This document shows, piece by piece, positions 26,432 to 39,621 of a stretch of DNA of 64,000 nt. Source of the DNA: Dendrobates tinctorius (taxonomy: Eukaryota); NCBI RefSeq assembly GCF_039654945.1, contig NW_027361788.1:21514001-21578000 (forward strand), read 5' to 3'. The position numbers and the translations under genes are program-made. Position 1 is the first letter of the stretch, and each line of letters opens with the position of its first letter. Below the pieces are notes generated by a model. That model worked only from the letters and a program-made list of their open reading frames with translations, made no database searches and had not been told where the DNA came from.

Positions 26432-27625
26432 AATATTATTTATTATTATAGCACTATTTTTTTCCATGGTGCTTTAAATGTGAAAAGGGGTATACATAAT
26501 AAAAACAAGTACAGTAATCTTAAACAATACAAGTCACGACTCGTACAGGATGAGAAAGGACCCTGCCCGCGAGGGCTCACAATCTACAACGGGATGGGTG
26601 AGGATACAATAGGTGAGGGTAGAGCTGGTCATGCAGCGGTTTGGTGGATCAGTGGTTACTGCAGGTTGTAGGCTTGTCGGAAGAGGTAGGTCTTCAGGTT
26701 CTTTTTGAAGGTTTCCATGGTAGGCAAGAACTTGATATGTTGTGGTAGAGAGTTCCAGAGTAGGGGGGATGCGCGGGAGAAGTCTTGTATGCGATTGTGG
26801 GAAGAGGAGCTAAGAGGGTAGTACAGAAGGAGATCTTGTGAGGATCGGAGGTTTCGTGCAGGTAAGTACCGGGAGATGAGGTCACAGATGTATGGAGGAC
26901 TCAGGTTGTGGATGGCTTTGTATGTCATGGTTAGGGTTTTGAACTGGAGTCTTTGGGTAATGGGGAGCCAGTGCAGGGATTGACAGAGGGGAGAGGCCGG
27001 GGAATAGCGGGGGGACAGGTGGATTAGTCGGGCAGCAGAGTTTAGAATAGATTGAAGGGGTGCAAGAGTGTTAGAGGGGAGGCAACAGAGCAGGAGGTTG
27101 CAGTAGTCAAGGCGGGAGATGATGAGGGCATGGACTAGGGTTTTTGCAGATTCTTGGTTGAGGAATGTACGGATCCGTGAAATATTTTTGAGTTGAAGTC
27201 GGCAGGAAGTGGAAAGGGCTTGGATATGTGGTTTGAAGGAGAGCTCAGCGTCAAGGATTACCCCGAGGCAGCGAGCTTGTGGGACTGGAGAGAGTGGGCA
27301 GCCATTTACTGTAATGGATTGGTCCGTTGGGGGGGTCATGTGAGATGGGGAAAGATGATTAATTCTGTTTTGTCCATATTAAGTTTTAGAAATCTAGCGG
27401 AGAAGAAGGCTGAAATAGCAGACAGACATTTTGGGATTCTGGTTAGTAGGGAGGTGATATCTGGTCCAGAGATGTAGATCTGTGTGTCATCAGCATAGAG
27501 GTGATACTGAAAGCCATGAGATTCTATGAGCTGTCCCAGGCCAAAGGTGTAAATGGAGAGGAGCAGGGGCCCTAGAATTGAATCTTGAGGGACACCGACA
27601 GCTAGGGGGTGAGGTGAGGAGGTGC
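26432..27625 (-). mobile_element. L2-clade LINE 3' fragment
   Basis: [35 protein letters not shown]; L2 3' UTR and (TAA)-type tail. Confidence 0.9.
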
Positions 27626-28119
27626 TGAACTTACCAGGCTGAAGGTTTAGATGGAGATATGGTGCCAATATAATACTGTCACTTAGTGTATAGGTATTAG
27701 TGGGTACATGCCACGCCCAAATAACACCAACACATGGGTTATATCACCGCCATATAGTGTCCAGATTATACCGCCACTTATTGCATCGGTATTGGTGTTA
27801 TACACTGCCAAAATAATAATGCACTGGTTGTATAGGTACCATACCATGCCCAGAGAATACCACCGCGTTATTAGCGCCACACAGTGGCCAAGTGATATCA
27901 TGGAGATGAATCCAAACTGCTGCACAGTAAAGTGTGGCAGTGTTGGCAGCTCAGACGCATATCCCGTTCCCTTTTGCTCTGTAGCCTGAGCTGCACTGCG
28001 CATGCACCGTGTAGTCAGAGCTCTTCTCCATTACATCCGCTTTGCCTTTAAGACCGTACAAGTTTAATAACTCGCCTAAAAGGTAATGTTATGCCTTTAA
28101 CGGTTCGCTGCAGGAGAGC

Positions 28120-28375
28120 TTCCCTGCTATTGGCTGACTTCCTACTACACCGCCGATATCACTGGATGAGAAGTTCACGCCCTCTGTGTAACTCGCCATT
28201 CTGATTGGTGAAGTTTTACAGTCTGCTGATAGGTGATTGGCTGAGTGCTGACTGCTCAGGGTTTCGGGGCATCATGGCGAATTTGAGGAGCTTGAAGGTG
28301 GGTCAGTGGCAGGTGGAAGGTGACGGGTGAGATAGCGTGCACAGGCACGACTACAACTCCCAGCATGCACCGAGC
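28120..28375 (+). promoter_or_regulatory. hsd17b10 promoter: three reverse CCAAT (ATTGG) boxes and a ZNF143/THAP11 motif ACTACAACTCCCAGCATGC just inside intron 1 (~28350)
   Basis: ATTGG at ~28129, 28204 and 28236 upstream of the ATG at 28274; consensus SBS motif downstream. Confidence 0.6.
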
Positions 28376-31300
28376 CACAGGCTGCAGACCGATGCTGTGC
28401 AGCACGTGTGGCCGGGTCATAGGTGCACAGGCTGAGCTGCAGCAGGCAGAGGCCATAGCTACCGTGTAGGTAATAGGTGGTGATGGAGCCAGGAGCCTCC
28501 AGACCTAGTGCTCTGCCCTCCATAGGTCACCTGCCCCCAATCTGGCAGCATTGCCCTCTGAGTGCCCCCTTTAATAACATATTAATAGTCCCTTAGATAA
28601 TGCTGAACCCTCCAAAAGTCATAGTGCCCCCTGCAGACAGTAAAGGTAATAGCTAATCTGAGGGACTGTCCTCTCCTCCCCCTGTAGGGGTGTCATTGTG
28701 CTGCCTGCATCGGACGGGGACATCTTGGCTCCCGTTCTGCCACAGGATACCCCGGTATTGGCGTTATACTGACACGTGTCGCTCACCCGAGGATCCAGGG
28801 CATCCGGCTAATGGGTTCACTAACATATTTTTATTACCTTTTGTATCCTAAAAATTGTAATTCCTGGGCAATCTTCCCTGTGCCCACGTAACACCACTGC
28901 CCCCCAATGTGCTGAGATTACGTCCCATCAGTAAAGCCAGACAGGGACCACAGAGGATCACATCGCGTCCTCCAAAGCAGGTGGTCTTACTGCCCATAAT
29001 AGGTGGGGTGTGTGGACTTGAGTTGGCCTTAGTGAAAAACCCCTTTAATGCTACATCACACTATTAGAGGTAACATCTAAGGGGTTAGATAACTAACCCA
29101 ATTGAGGGTCTGTGTCAACCGTGTAAGGAGGCTGTGTACCCCACCTGTCAGGTCACATTGCTGCCCCTTGGGGTTGGGGGATCACTGGGTACTAGACGCT
29201 GCCTCCCTCCGTAGGGCGCCCTCTGCAGAGAGGATGTAGTGGCCTCTACTACTGTGTAGGCATCGGTATCTCCATAGCTGGGGGGAGGAAGCTGGGGGGG
29301 GAGGCTAGTGAAGGAAGCTATGGGGGGAGGCTAGTGAAGGAAGCTATGGGGGGAGGCTAGTGAAGGAAGCTGGGGGGGAGGCTAGTGAAGGAAGCTATGG
29401 GGGGAGGCTAGTGAAGGAAGCTATGGGGGGAGGCTAGTGAAGGAAGCTATGGGGGGAGGCTAGTGAAGGAAGCTATGGGGGGAGGCTAGTGAAGGAAGCT
29501 ATGGGGGGGAGGCTAGTGAAGGAAGCTATGGGGGGGAGGCTAGTGAAGGAAGCTATGGGGGGGAGGCTAGTGAAGGAAGCTATGGGGGGAGGCTAGTGAA
29601 GGAAGCTATGGGGGGAAGCCAGTGAAGGAAGCTATGGGGGGAAGCCAGTGAAGGAAGCTATGGGGGGAGGCTAGTGAAGGAAGCTATGGGGGGAGGCTAG
29701 TGAAGGAAGCTATGGGGGGAAGCCAGTGAAGGAAGCTATGGGGGGGAGGCTAGTGAAGGAAGCTATGGGGGGGAGGCTAGTGAAGGAAGCTATGGGGGGG
29801 AGGCTAGTGAAGGAAGCTATGGGAGGGAGGCTAGTGAAGGAAGCTATGGGGGGGAGGCTAGTGAAGGAAGCTATGGGGGGGAGGCTAGTGAAGGAAGCTA
29901 TGGGGGGGGAGGCTAGTGAAGGAAGCTATGGGGGGGGAGGCTAGTGAAGGAAGCTATGGGGGGGGAGGCTAGTGAAGGAAGCTATGGGGGGGAGGCTAGT
30001 GAAGGAAGCTATGGGGGGGAGGCTAGTGAAGGGAGCTATGGGGGGAGGGCAGTGAAGGAAGCTATGGTGGCTCAGTGGTTAGCACTGCAGCCTTGCAGCA
30101 CTGGGGTCTTGGGTTCGAATCCCATCAAGGACAACATCTGCAAGGAGTTTGTATGTTCTCCCCGTGTTTGCGTGGGTTTCCTCCGGGCACTCCGGTTTCC
30201 TACCACATTCTAAACACATACTAATAGGGAATTTAGATTGTGAGCCCCATCGGGGACAGTGATGATGATGTGTGCAAACTGTAAAGCGCTGCGGAATATG
30301 TTAGCGCTATATAAAAATAAAGATTTATTTATTTATGGGGGGGGAGGCTAGTGAAGGAAGCTATGGGGGGAGGCTAGTGAAGGAAGCTATGGGGGGAGGC
30401 TAGTGAAGGAAGCTATGGTGGGGGAGGCTCGTGAAGGAAGCTATGGGGGGAGGCTCGTGAAGGAAGCTATGGGGGGAGGCTAGTGAAGGAAGCTGTGGGG
30501 GAGGCTAGTGAAGGAAGCTGTGGGAGGCTAGTGAAGGAAGCTGTGGGGGGGAGGCTATTGAAGGAAGCTGGGGGGAGGCTATTGAAGGAAGCTGGGGGGA
30601 GGCTATTGAAGGAAGCTGGGGGGGAGGCTATTGAAGGAAGCTGGGGGGGAGGCTATTGAAGGAAGCTGGGGGGGAGGCTATTGAAGGAAGCTGGGGGGGA
30701 GGCTATTGAAGGAAGCTGGGGGGGAGGCTAGTGAAGGAGGCTGGGGGGGGTTAGTGAAGGAAGCTGGGGGGGAGGCTAGTGAAGGAAGCTGGGGGGGAGG
30801 CTAGTGAAGGAAGCTGGGGGGGAGGCTAGTGAAGGAAGCTGGGGGGGAGGCTAGTGAAGGAGGCTGGGGGGGGTTAGTGAAGGAAGCTGGGGGGGTATTG
30901 AAGGAGCACCATACAGATCCTTCACAATTGTCAAACATGACTGACTTTGCCAACTGTCAAGGCTAACATTTACTGAAAACATGACCTGTAACATTGTTTT
31001 AGATGCCATAATGCTCTTGGGGACATTTATGGCATTGGTGGGATATTACTTTTCATCACTCAGACCCCTATCTATCTTGATAACAGGACTCTGATTCCTG
31101 CGCTTTCTATTCATTTCTATGAAAACACCAAAAATTAAGTGAACAACCCCTTTAAGTACTTATTTTTCCTCCCATACAGGGTCTGGTTGGCGTTGTCACC
31201 GGTGGAGCCTCGGGTCTTGGCCGGGCCACGGTGGAACGGTTAATCCGACAAGGAGCCAGTGCCGTCATTCTAGATTTACCCACCTCTGATGGGAAAAACG

Positions 31301-34300
31301 TTGCCCAGTCTCTTGGAGAGAAGTGTGACTTTGCTCCTACAGATGTAAGTGGGTCTGGATAACAATGATCCCCCTGCACTCCGCACCGTCCAGCTCAGAT
31401 CCACACCGTCACTGCTATAGGTCTGTGCTGGAGGTCTCTGCAGGTGATAAATGGGGTCTGGATCCTTCATTCTAGGAACAGGTGGGGATCTGGTCCTGGA
31501 ACCACGACCTTGGGCAATATCAAAGGGAGGTGGCTCCTATCCCATCCTCCAAGTCACGCTTACCAGGACCCCTCCAATCTACAGGTCATCAGGTGTCGCC
31601 TGGCATAGAGTTATGTCCTATACAGGTTTCTGGGCAGGTGACGCTGCTGTGAGCAGGATGACGAGTGACAGGCAACAGGACCCCCTATACTTTTATAGCT
31701 GTGGCAATATTGAATATTATTTTTATTTTATTTTTGAATTTATTTATTTTTGGCGTGGAAAAGGGGGTGAATTGAACATTTGTTTACTGGTTACTATTTT
31801 TTTTTTTGTCCCCCTGGGGTCTTGAAGCTGTGATGGTTTTATTACTGCAGTATATTGTCCTAGTACCGATCTCCTAAAAACACGGCCTAGGCTACTAATA
31901 TGGCAGCAATGGGGGTGTCTTATGCAGGCGAAAATAACCCATCAGTTATCTAGTTCGCCCCTGAAGCCTTCTATCCGAATACTGTGGCTAATTTTTGGAC
32001 CCTCCTTGCTAATACTCCTCCTCACTCTTCCCCCAGCTCACAGCTCTGCTGATAACGATCAGGGGGGCAAGTGTTGCTCTTCTTCCCTAGAAGTGGCTGA
32101 GAACAGTAAATTACATCCTGCACTCTCCTGACTGTTTCCTTCATGGTTGAACGTAGGTGACCTCCGAGGCGGACGTGAACAACGCCCTGGAATTGGCGCG
32201 CTCAAAGTTTGGCGGAGTCAATGTCGTGGTGAACTGTGCCGGGATCGCCGTCGCTATGAAAACCTACAACAAAAGTAAACAGAAGCCGCACAACCTGGAG
32301 GAGTTCCAGAAAGTCATCAATGTAAGCCAAGAATAATAGCCTGAAAAACTACAACTCCCAGCCTGCCCTGGTCTGTGTGCATTAAGTGGATCCCTCTTTG
32401 ATTTCTATCTGTAATGCTATCTCTCCCCTGTGGGGGTGCTGCAGGATCTATAAACACTTGATGTTAAGTTTTCCCACAGATTACACCTGATCCATTGAAG
32501 TCACAGCAGTGGAATCTCCACTGATCAGCTTTTTTTTGGAGGGGACCCACTAATAAAAAACAAAAACAAAACAGCTTTATTTATAAAATGATAGTCTGCA
32601 TTTCTCTGTCTCAGGTGAACATCGCCGGCACGTTCAATGTTATTCGTCTGGCGACAGGAGAAATGATGAAGAACGAGCCAGACAAGGATGGGCACAGAGG
32701 AGTCATAGTGAACACAGCCAGCATTGCCGCGTTTGATGGGCAGGTCAGGACCCTAATCAGAAAATGTTAGCGCCTCCATGCATTAGGCTTTCATACACAA
32801 TATAAAGTTTTGGGGGTTTGGGGGGGTCTGTATACTTTTGCAACCAATCTTTATAACGCCAATGCATCTAACATAACTGAAGCAACTTTGCTATCAGTCC
32901 TGATGTTTAAAGGGAATCTGTCACCTACTTTTGGCGGGCTATTTAAATGAGGTTGGTCCGGTCCGATGGGCGGTGTTTCCGATCTTTGCCGCCTCCCCAT
33001 CCTTGGCCACCGTCCGCAGTTTTTCCATGAATAGGAGTAGGTGTCCGCCATCTTTCACGCGTGCGCTAAGGATTCTTGGATCGCGCACGCGCAGTATGGT
33101 TTACCCAACTGCGGGCAAAGCCGAAAAGCCTTACTGTGCATGTGCCGGTTAACTAAGCCCCGGAAGTATTTTGCTGTGCTCCGGGGCCTAGTTAACCGGC
33201 GCATGCGAAGTAAGGCTTTTCAGCTTTGCCCGCAGTTGGGCAAAGCATACTGCGCGTGCACGAGCCAAGAATGCTTAGCGCACGCGCGAAAGATAGCGGA
33301 CACCTACTCCTATTCATGAAAAAACTGCGGACGGCAGCCAAGGATGGGGAGGCGGCAAAGATCGGAAACATCGGACCGGACAGACCTCATTTAAATAGCC
33401 CGCCAAAAGTAGGTGACGGATTCCCTTTAAAGTCAACCTTTTTACATACAACCAGTAGAAGCGCACGGTCTTGTTGCCCCGGTATCTTACAAGTTCAAAT
33501 AGCTTTAGGTGCACCTGCCAGTCTAATATGTACAGAATATGTGCTGATTCTTATGATCGGTAACTTGCTGTCCACTCATTTTCAGTAAGTGGTTTATCTT
33601 ATTAGTGCTCCTCATTCTGTCAGCACTATAGGTGCTGGAACTTCCATTCCCTCAGTTCCCTGCACACTATACTCCTACTATTCTCCAATGACTTACCTGC
33701 CTTGAATTGAATGCCCACCTCTCTTCTTCCTGTATGCAGTCTGATAGGAGTGCAGAGACAAAGCCCTGCCCCCACTTCCCATCATCCATTTTAGTGCTTT
33801 CTGCTGCCACCTAGTGATATTTCAGGTGTAAAGGCCCTTTTACATTTAGCGATGCACCAGCGATCCGACCAGTGATCCGACCCGGTCAGGATCGCTGGTG
33901 CATCTCTAAATGATCGCTAGTGAGCTTTCACACAGGCAGATCTCACAGCGATGCAGCAGCGACGCAGCGCACGATACTCACCTTTCACACACAGCGATCC
34001 TGACATCCTCCCGCCCGCGTCCACGCGTCGCTCGTCGTCACAGCAGGAAGCCCAGCAGGAAGCAGACGACGAGAAATGGAGCCGGCCGATCTCGGGCGAT
34101 GAGTGATGTACAGCGGGGGAGCCGGTCGTTGGTAAGTATCACACATAGCGATATCGCTAGCAATATCGCTATAATGTCACAAAACCGGTGACGTTTTAGC
34201 GATATTGCTAGCGATATCACTTAGTGTAAAACCCCCTTTAGACAACATAATTTTTAAATGCACAATTTGCAAATAACTCTCTATATTATATATATTAAAT

Positions 34301-35104
34301 GCTTAATATATCACATTACCTATTGAATGAGACATTGTCTGCAAGTACAGAGACCATGATATTGTCTGTACAGCGCTGTAGCATACGACAGTGCTATATA
34401 AGTAAGCAAAATAAATACAGTTTTATTTATACCGATTCTATGTAGATAAATGTGTTGTCTAATTATATATTTCTTTTTTCATTCCTAGGTTGGACAAGCG
34501 GCGTACTCTGCTTCCAAAGGAGGAATCGTAGGAATGACTCTCCCCATCGCTCGAGATCTGGCGCCGCTTGGGATCAGAGTGGTGACCATTGCCCCTGGTA
34601 CCTTCCTTATTAATCTCCTGTCTCTAGGGGGTAGTTACACGTCATATATCCCGGTGTATTCTTCTATGACTCCCATCTCCCCAGGCTGCCATTGCACACC
34701 AGTCCTCTCTACCCTTCCTTGCACTGAAGTTTCCACGCTGCCTGTGACACGCACGCCCCTGCACAGGCGCAGCCTGTCGCCTCTCTTGGTGTCTGCAGCA
34801 TATTTTGACCGGTGTTCTATTATGTCCTTAGACACTGATAATAGTGTGATGGTCTCCTACTGACAATCAGTGACAATGCACAATAACCTGAATCTGTTCC
34901 TTTTTTTTTTTAGGCTTGTTTGCCACCCCTCTCCTCCTCGGGCTTCCTGAAAAGGCAAGAGAATTCCTGGCTAAGCAAGTGCCTTTCCCAAGCAGGCTGG
35001 GTGACCCTGATGAGTATGCCCACCTGGTACAGAGCATTGTAGAGAACCCCATGCTGAATGGAGAAGTGGTACGTCTGGATGGTGCCCTCCGTATGCAGCC
35101 TTGA
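28274..35104 (+). CDS. hsd17b10: 3-hydroxyacyl-CoA dehydrogenase type-2 / 17-beta-HSD10 (mitochondrial RNase P subunit MRPP2), 260 aa
   Basis: Coding exons 28274-28297, 31180-31344, 32157-32321, 32615-32743, 34489-34597, 34914-35104 (783 nt, GT-AG). Motifs [19 protein letters not shown]-terminal [22 protein letters not shown] at ~35356. Confidence 0.97.
29282..30905. repeat. G-rich ~26-bp minisatellite (ggggggaggctagtgaaggaagctat) in hsd17b10 intron 1, interrupted by a SINE
   Basis: About 50 copies with variable G-run length. Confidence 0.92.
30066..30335 (+). mobile_element. tRNA-derived SINE with an L2-like 3' tail
   Basis: A box TGGCTCAGTGG and B box GGTTCGAATCC, conserved core (gagtttgtatgttctccccgtg), 3' end tgtaaagcgctgcggaatatgttagcgctatataa plus a (ttta)n tail. 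Confidence 0.88.
32911..33426. mobile_element. Palindromic MITE with TTAA target (Kolobok/T2-like) in hsd17b10 intron 4
   Basis: TTAA|agggaatctgtcacc ... ggtgacggattccct|TTAA; near-perfect ~250-bp arms. Confidence 0.85.
33832..34237. mobile_element. PIF/Harbinger-type MITE
   Basis: Short TIRs (aggcccttttaca / tgtaaaaccccct) in a TAA/TTA context; same family as 41160-41555. Confidence 0.7.
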
Positions 35105-35682
35105 TGACGTGGGCACCATGCAGGAGAAGACTTAGCTCCTAACCCCGTCCTTACCGTGCGCCGTCAGTGCTTCGGTTACACAGGAGCAGCGGGGGGATGT
35201 CCTAATAGACTGCAGTAATGCCCCCGAGCGGTCTGTGATGCCAGGAACGTGTCCAGGATGTTCTTCTAAAGACCTGGAAGAAGATCTGTCCGTGATTGTA
35301 GCCTGAGATTGTACATGAAGGACAAGGCAAAAAATACAGTTTCGTGTTTAAAAAAAATAAATGAATACATTTGACTTTGAATTATTGGAATTTGTTAACG
35401 TTGTATTATTGGGCCAGAACCAAATAATTAGGTGGCATTTTAACCATTTTACAGCCAACACAGGCCCAAGTGGGTATGATCTGAACCCGCAGACACTCAA
35501 CATGCACCCCCTTATACCTCCATAGCACAGAATGCGATGGAACATCACACAATTGGTGTGTTTTTTTTTTTGTTTTTTTCCCTTCCTGATTGCATATGAA
35601 TGAGTGACCACCTCTGTATACCCGATTGCGTATGAATGAGTGACCACCTCTGTACACCCCAAAGGTGATATCCAACGTTCTT

Positions 35683-36016
35683 AGGCTAGTTTCACACTAG
35701 CGTTTAAACGACGCGCGCACGGCGCCGCTAAGCCACGCCCCCTGCCGGCTCCCTGCCCGCCCCTTCCTGTTATCGCCTCCTCCGAGCGCAGAGGGCTGCA
35801 TGCGTTATGCGCACCCTATCTTTAGCATAGGGTGCGCAGGCCGTGCGCAACTATGAATATAGCGTGCGCTGCGCATTTTTGAATGTGCGCCGTGCGCGCC
35901 AAAATGCAACATGCTGCGTTCGGCACGCACGGCGCACCTCCAAAAATGCGCAGCGCACACTATATTCATAGTTGCGCACGGCCTAGATAGGGTGCGCATA
36001 ATGCATGCAGCCCTCT
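35683..36016. mobile_element. Harbinger-type MITE remnant with an internal palindrome (35790-36016)
   Basis: tta|ggctagtttcacact terminus; arms agagggctgcatgcgttatgcgcacccta / tagggtgcgcataatgcatgcagccctct. Confidence 0.6.
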
Positions 36017-36194
36017 TAAGGTGCAGGCTTTATTTTCAAGTGTAGGGGTGTGCAGTATGAGGTTCTGCAGCAGCTGAGGTGTACAGTATGAGATTCTGCC
36101 CCCCCCAGGTTTGATCCTGGCTACGCCCATAGTGTGAATGTAGCCTGAGGATCTAGGCTTTATCTTAGCCGAGATAAGTCATAGTGTGTGTGTA

Positions 36195-36232
<38 letters not shown>

Positions 36233-36234
36233 CA

Positions 36235-37855
36235 CAGTACAGACCAAAAGTTTGGACACACCTCAATCAAAGCGTTTTCCTTATTTTCAGGACTATGAAA
36301 ATTGTAGATTCACTCTGAAGGCATCAAAACTATGAATTAACATGTGGAATCATATAATTAACAAAAAAGTGTGAAACAACTGAAAATACTGTATGTCTTA
36401 TATTCTAGGTTCTTCAAAGTTAGCCACCTTTTGCTTTGATTTCTGCTTTGCACACTCTTGGCATTCTCTTGATGAGCTTCAAGAGGTAGTCACCGGAAAT
36501 GGTTTTCACTTCACAGGTGTGCCCTGTCAGGTTTAATAAGTGGGATTTCTTGCCTTATAAATGAGGTTGGGACCATCAGTTGTGTTGTGCAGAAGTCTGG
36601 TGGATACACAGCTGATAGTCCTACTGAATAGACTGTTAGAATTTGTATTATGGCAAGAAAAAAGCAGCTGAGTAAAGAAAAACGAGTGGCCATCATTACT
36701 TTAGGAAATGAAGGTCAGTCAGTCCGAAAAATTGGGAAAACTTTGAAAGTGTCCCCAAGTGCATTGGCAAAAACCATCAAGCGCTACAAAGAAACTGGCT
36801 CACATGAGGACCGCCCCAGGAAAGGACCAAGAGTCACCTCTGCTGCGGAGGATAAGTTCATCCGAGTCACCAGCCTCAGAAATCGCAGGTTAACAGCAGC
36901 TCAGATTAGAGACCAGGTCAATGCCACACAGAGTTCTAGCAGCAGACACATCTCTACAACAACTGTTAAGAGGAGACTTTGTGCAGCAGGACTTCATGGT
37001 AAAATAGCTGCTAGGAAACCACTGCTAAGGACAGGCAACAAGCAGAAGAGACTTGTTTGGGCTAAAGAACACAAGGAATGGACATTAGACCAGTGGAAAT
37101 CTGTGCTTTGGTCTGATGAGTCCAAATTTGAGATCTTTGGTTCCAACCACCGTGTCTTTGTGCGATGCAGAAAAGGTGAATGGATGGACTCTACATGCCT
37201 GGTTCCCACTGTGAAGCATGGAGGAGGAGGTGTGATGGTGTGGGGATGCTTTGCTGGTGACACTGTTGGGGATTTATTCAAAATTGCAGGCATACTGAAC
37301 CAGCATGGCGACCATAGCATCTTGCAGCGGCATGCTATTCCATCCGGTTTGCGTTTAGTTGGCCATCAGTTATTTTTCAACAGGACAATGACCTCAAACA
37401 CACGTCCAGGTTGTGTAAGGGCTATTTGACCAAGAAGGAGAGTGATGAGGTGCTACGCCAGATGACCTGGCCTCCACAGTCACCAGACCTGAACCCAATC
37501 GAGATGGTTTGGGGTGAGCTGGACCGCAGAGTGAAGGCAAAAGGGCCAACAAGTGCTAAGCATCTCTGGGAACTCCTTCAAGACTGTTGGAAGACCATTT
37601 CCAGTGACTGCCTCTTGAAGCTCATCAAGAGAATGCTAAGAGTGTGCAAAGCAGTAATCAAAGCAAAAGGTGGTTACTTTGAAGAACCTAGAATATAAGA
37701 CATAGTTTCAGTTGTTTCACACTTTAATTATATAATTCCACATGTGTTAATTCATAGTTTTGATGCCTTCAGAATGAATCTACAATTTTCATAGTCATGA
37801 AAATAAAGAAAACTCTTTGAATGAGAAGGTGTGTCCAAACTTTTGGTCTGTACTG
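36235..37855 (+). mobile_element. Full-length Tc1 transposon; transposase 36650-37698 with one frameshift (~37360)
   Basis: TIRs cagtacagaccaaaagtttggacacacct. ORFs 36650-37429 and 37411-37698 contain GPR(GRPR), WSDESKF, KHGGGGVMVWGCF and [12 protein letters not shown]. Confidence 0.95.
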
Positions 37856-39621
37856 TATATATGTAATCGATATTACATAGTGTATTACATATTTACAATT
37901 TATTACAGTTTGTGTTCTAAAGTTGTATTCCAATAAATAGATATTATGTTCTATCTAAATATCTTGATTATTGATCATAGAAATGATTAAATGTCTGATG
38001 TTCACATTGTACTACAATAAATTTTTCACTTAAATATAAGCAATATATGTGGGAGTCGGAGTCGTGGAGTCGGTGTAAGGGAAATTGAGGAGTCGGAGTC
38101 GCAGGTTTGGCTTACCAACTCCACAGCCCTGGTTTCTCCTTAAATTATTTTTAGGGCCTTATGGGCTCAGGATGCCCCTCCAATACTCCAATCCAGGAGC
38201 AGACATGGGTGACACCACCAACAGCAGGCATGCACTGCTCCAGGGGATGGCACCCGCCAGGATGCATAGGAGGAATGGAGGGTCTTGGGAGAAAGAACGG
38301 CCGTAGATTCTGAGCGTTGGTCAACAGGCAGGAAACAAGAAAGAAACAGCCCTTTAATAGTTTCTTGGGGTCCTGGTTATTGAAGTTTCTTAGTTCTGTG
38401 GATGTACAATCTGAACAAAGGAAGCAGATATATTTTCCCAAAAGAAAAATAATTCTGTGTCTAACATTTGTTCATATGTTATATGGAAGAAGTTTCTGAA
38501 TTATTCAGCAATCCGGGTCATGGAAAGAATTTGGACTATTTTTCCATGATGACATAAAAAAGCCCAAAATAGCAACAAGAGAGAAATCTGCCAATAGTTT
38601 CCCGCTACTAGAATAAAAAAGAAGCCAAAATTAGAGCAAAACCAAAGTACAAGAGAAAGCCAGTGCAGAAGTGTGAACAGGTACTTCAAGCAGCAGAGGA
38701 CCAAGACTCTAGTTGGCTGTTTTAAAGGCAATCCGTCAGCAGTTTTTTCTATGTAACATGACAGCAGAATGATGTAGAGGCAGAGACCCTGATTCCAGAG
38801 ATGTGTCACTTAGTTTATACTGGGTGCAGCAGTTGTGATACAATCACAGTTCTCTGCTGCAGATCTAGCAGAGCTCAGAATGCTGAGTTCTGTATAACCC
38901 CACCCACACCACTGATTGGGAGCTTTCTGTGCAAAACCCCAATCACACCACTGATAGGCTGCTTTCTGTGTACACTGTATAGGAACTGAGCTGCTCCTCA
39001 GTGGTGGAGGCTGGGTTGGACCAGGACTTATGAGACACCTAGTCTGGCAGTGATCATCTCCAGCTGATAAAACACTAATTTTATTGAAACATCAAAACAC
39101 AGCCAGTAAGGGACACCTAACTGGAATCAGGATCTCTGACCCCTACATCATGCTGCTCTTGGATTACATAACAAAAAACCTGCCAACAGATTTCCTTTAA
39201 AGGGAAAAACCACTTAATAATCTATCTAAAATATTCCGACATCCACCAATTTACTAAATTATGAGACTACCAAATCTATATACTCAGGGCCCAGAGATAT
39301 CACCAGCATTACAGACTCCACCAATGTGACCACGTGAAAATGCTTTTGGTTAGACTTGTTTCTGTGATCCTGGTATGTGGTCAAGAATTTCTACTAAAAT
39401 AATCATTGGAGGGTGTGCGTTAGATTTATCATGTAAGGACTGAGGCTCGTGTACCATATTTGGGAAATATTTCATAAGGACACAGCTGGGAGAGTACATC
39501 TCCCTGGGGAAGAGCATGAGGGGTCAGACGAAATATATAAAAGTGAAGGGTCTTGGCTACAAATTTATTCTGAAAGTTTTGGTGGAGTTCTGGAAGACGG
39601 ATCTAACCTCTTGAGGCCGTC

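Noticed and set aside
24014-26671. Very long overlapping ORFs (771-817 aa) on both strands
   Set aside because: Artefacts of a stop-free 30-bp minisatellite, open in several frames at once.
30066-30125. tRNA gene
   Set aside because: The A and B boxes are followed by a SINE core and L2-like tail, and there is no acceptor stem.
2164-30905. CRISPR-like arrays (regular 26-41 bp repeats)
   Set aside because: Eukaryotic tandem repeats with no unique spacers and no cas genes.
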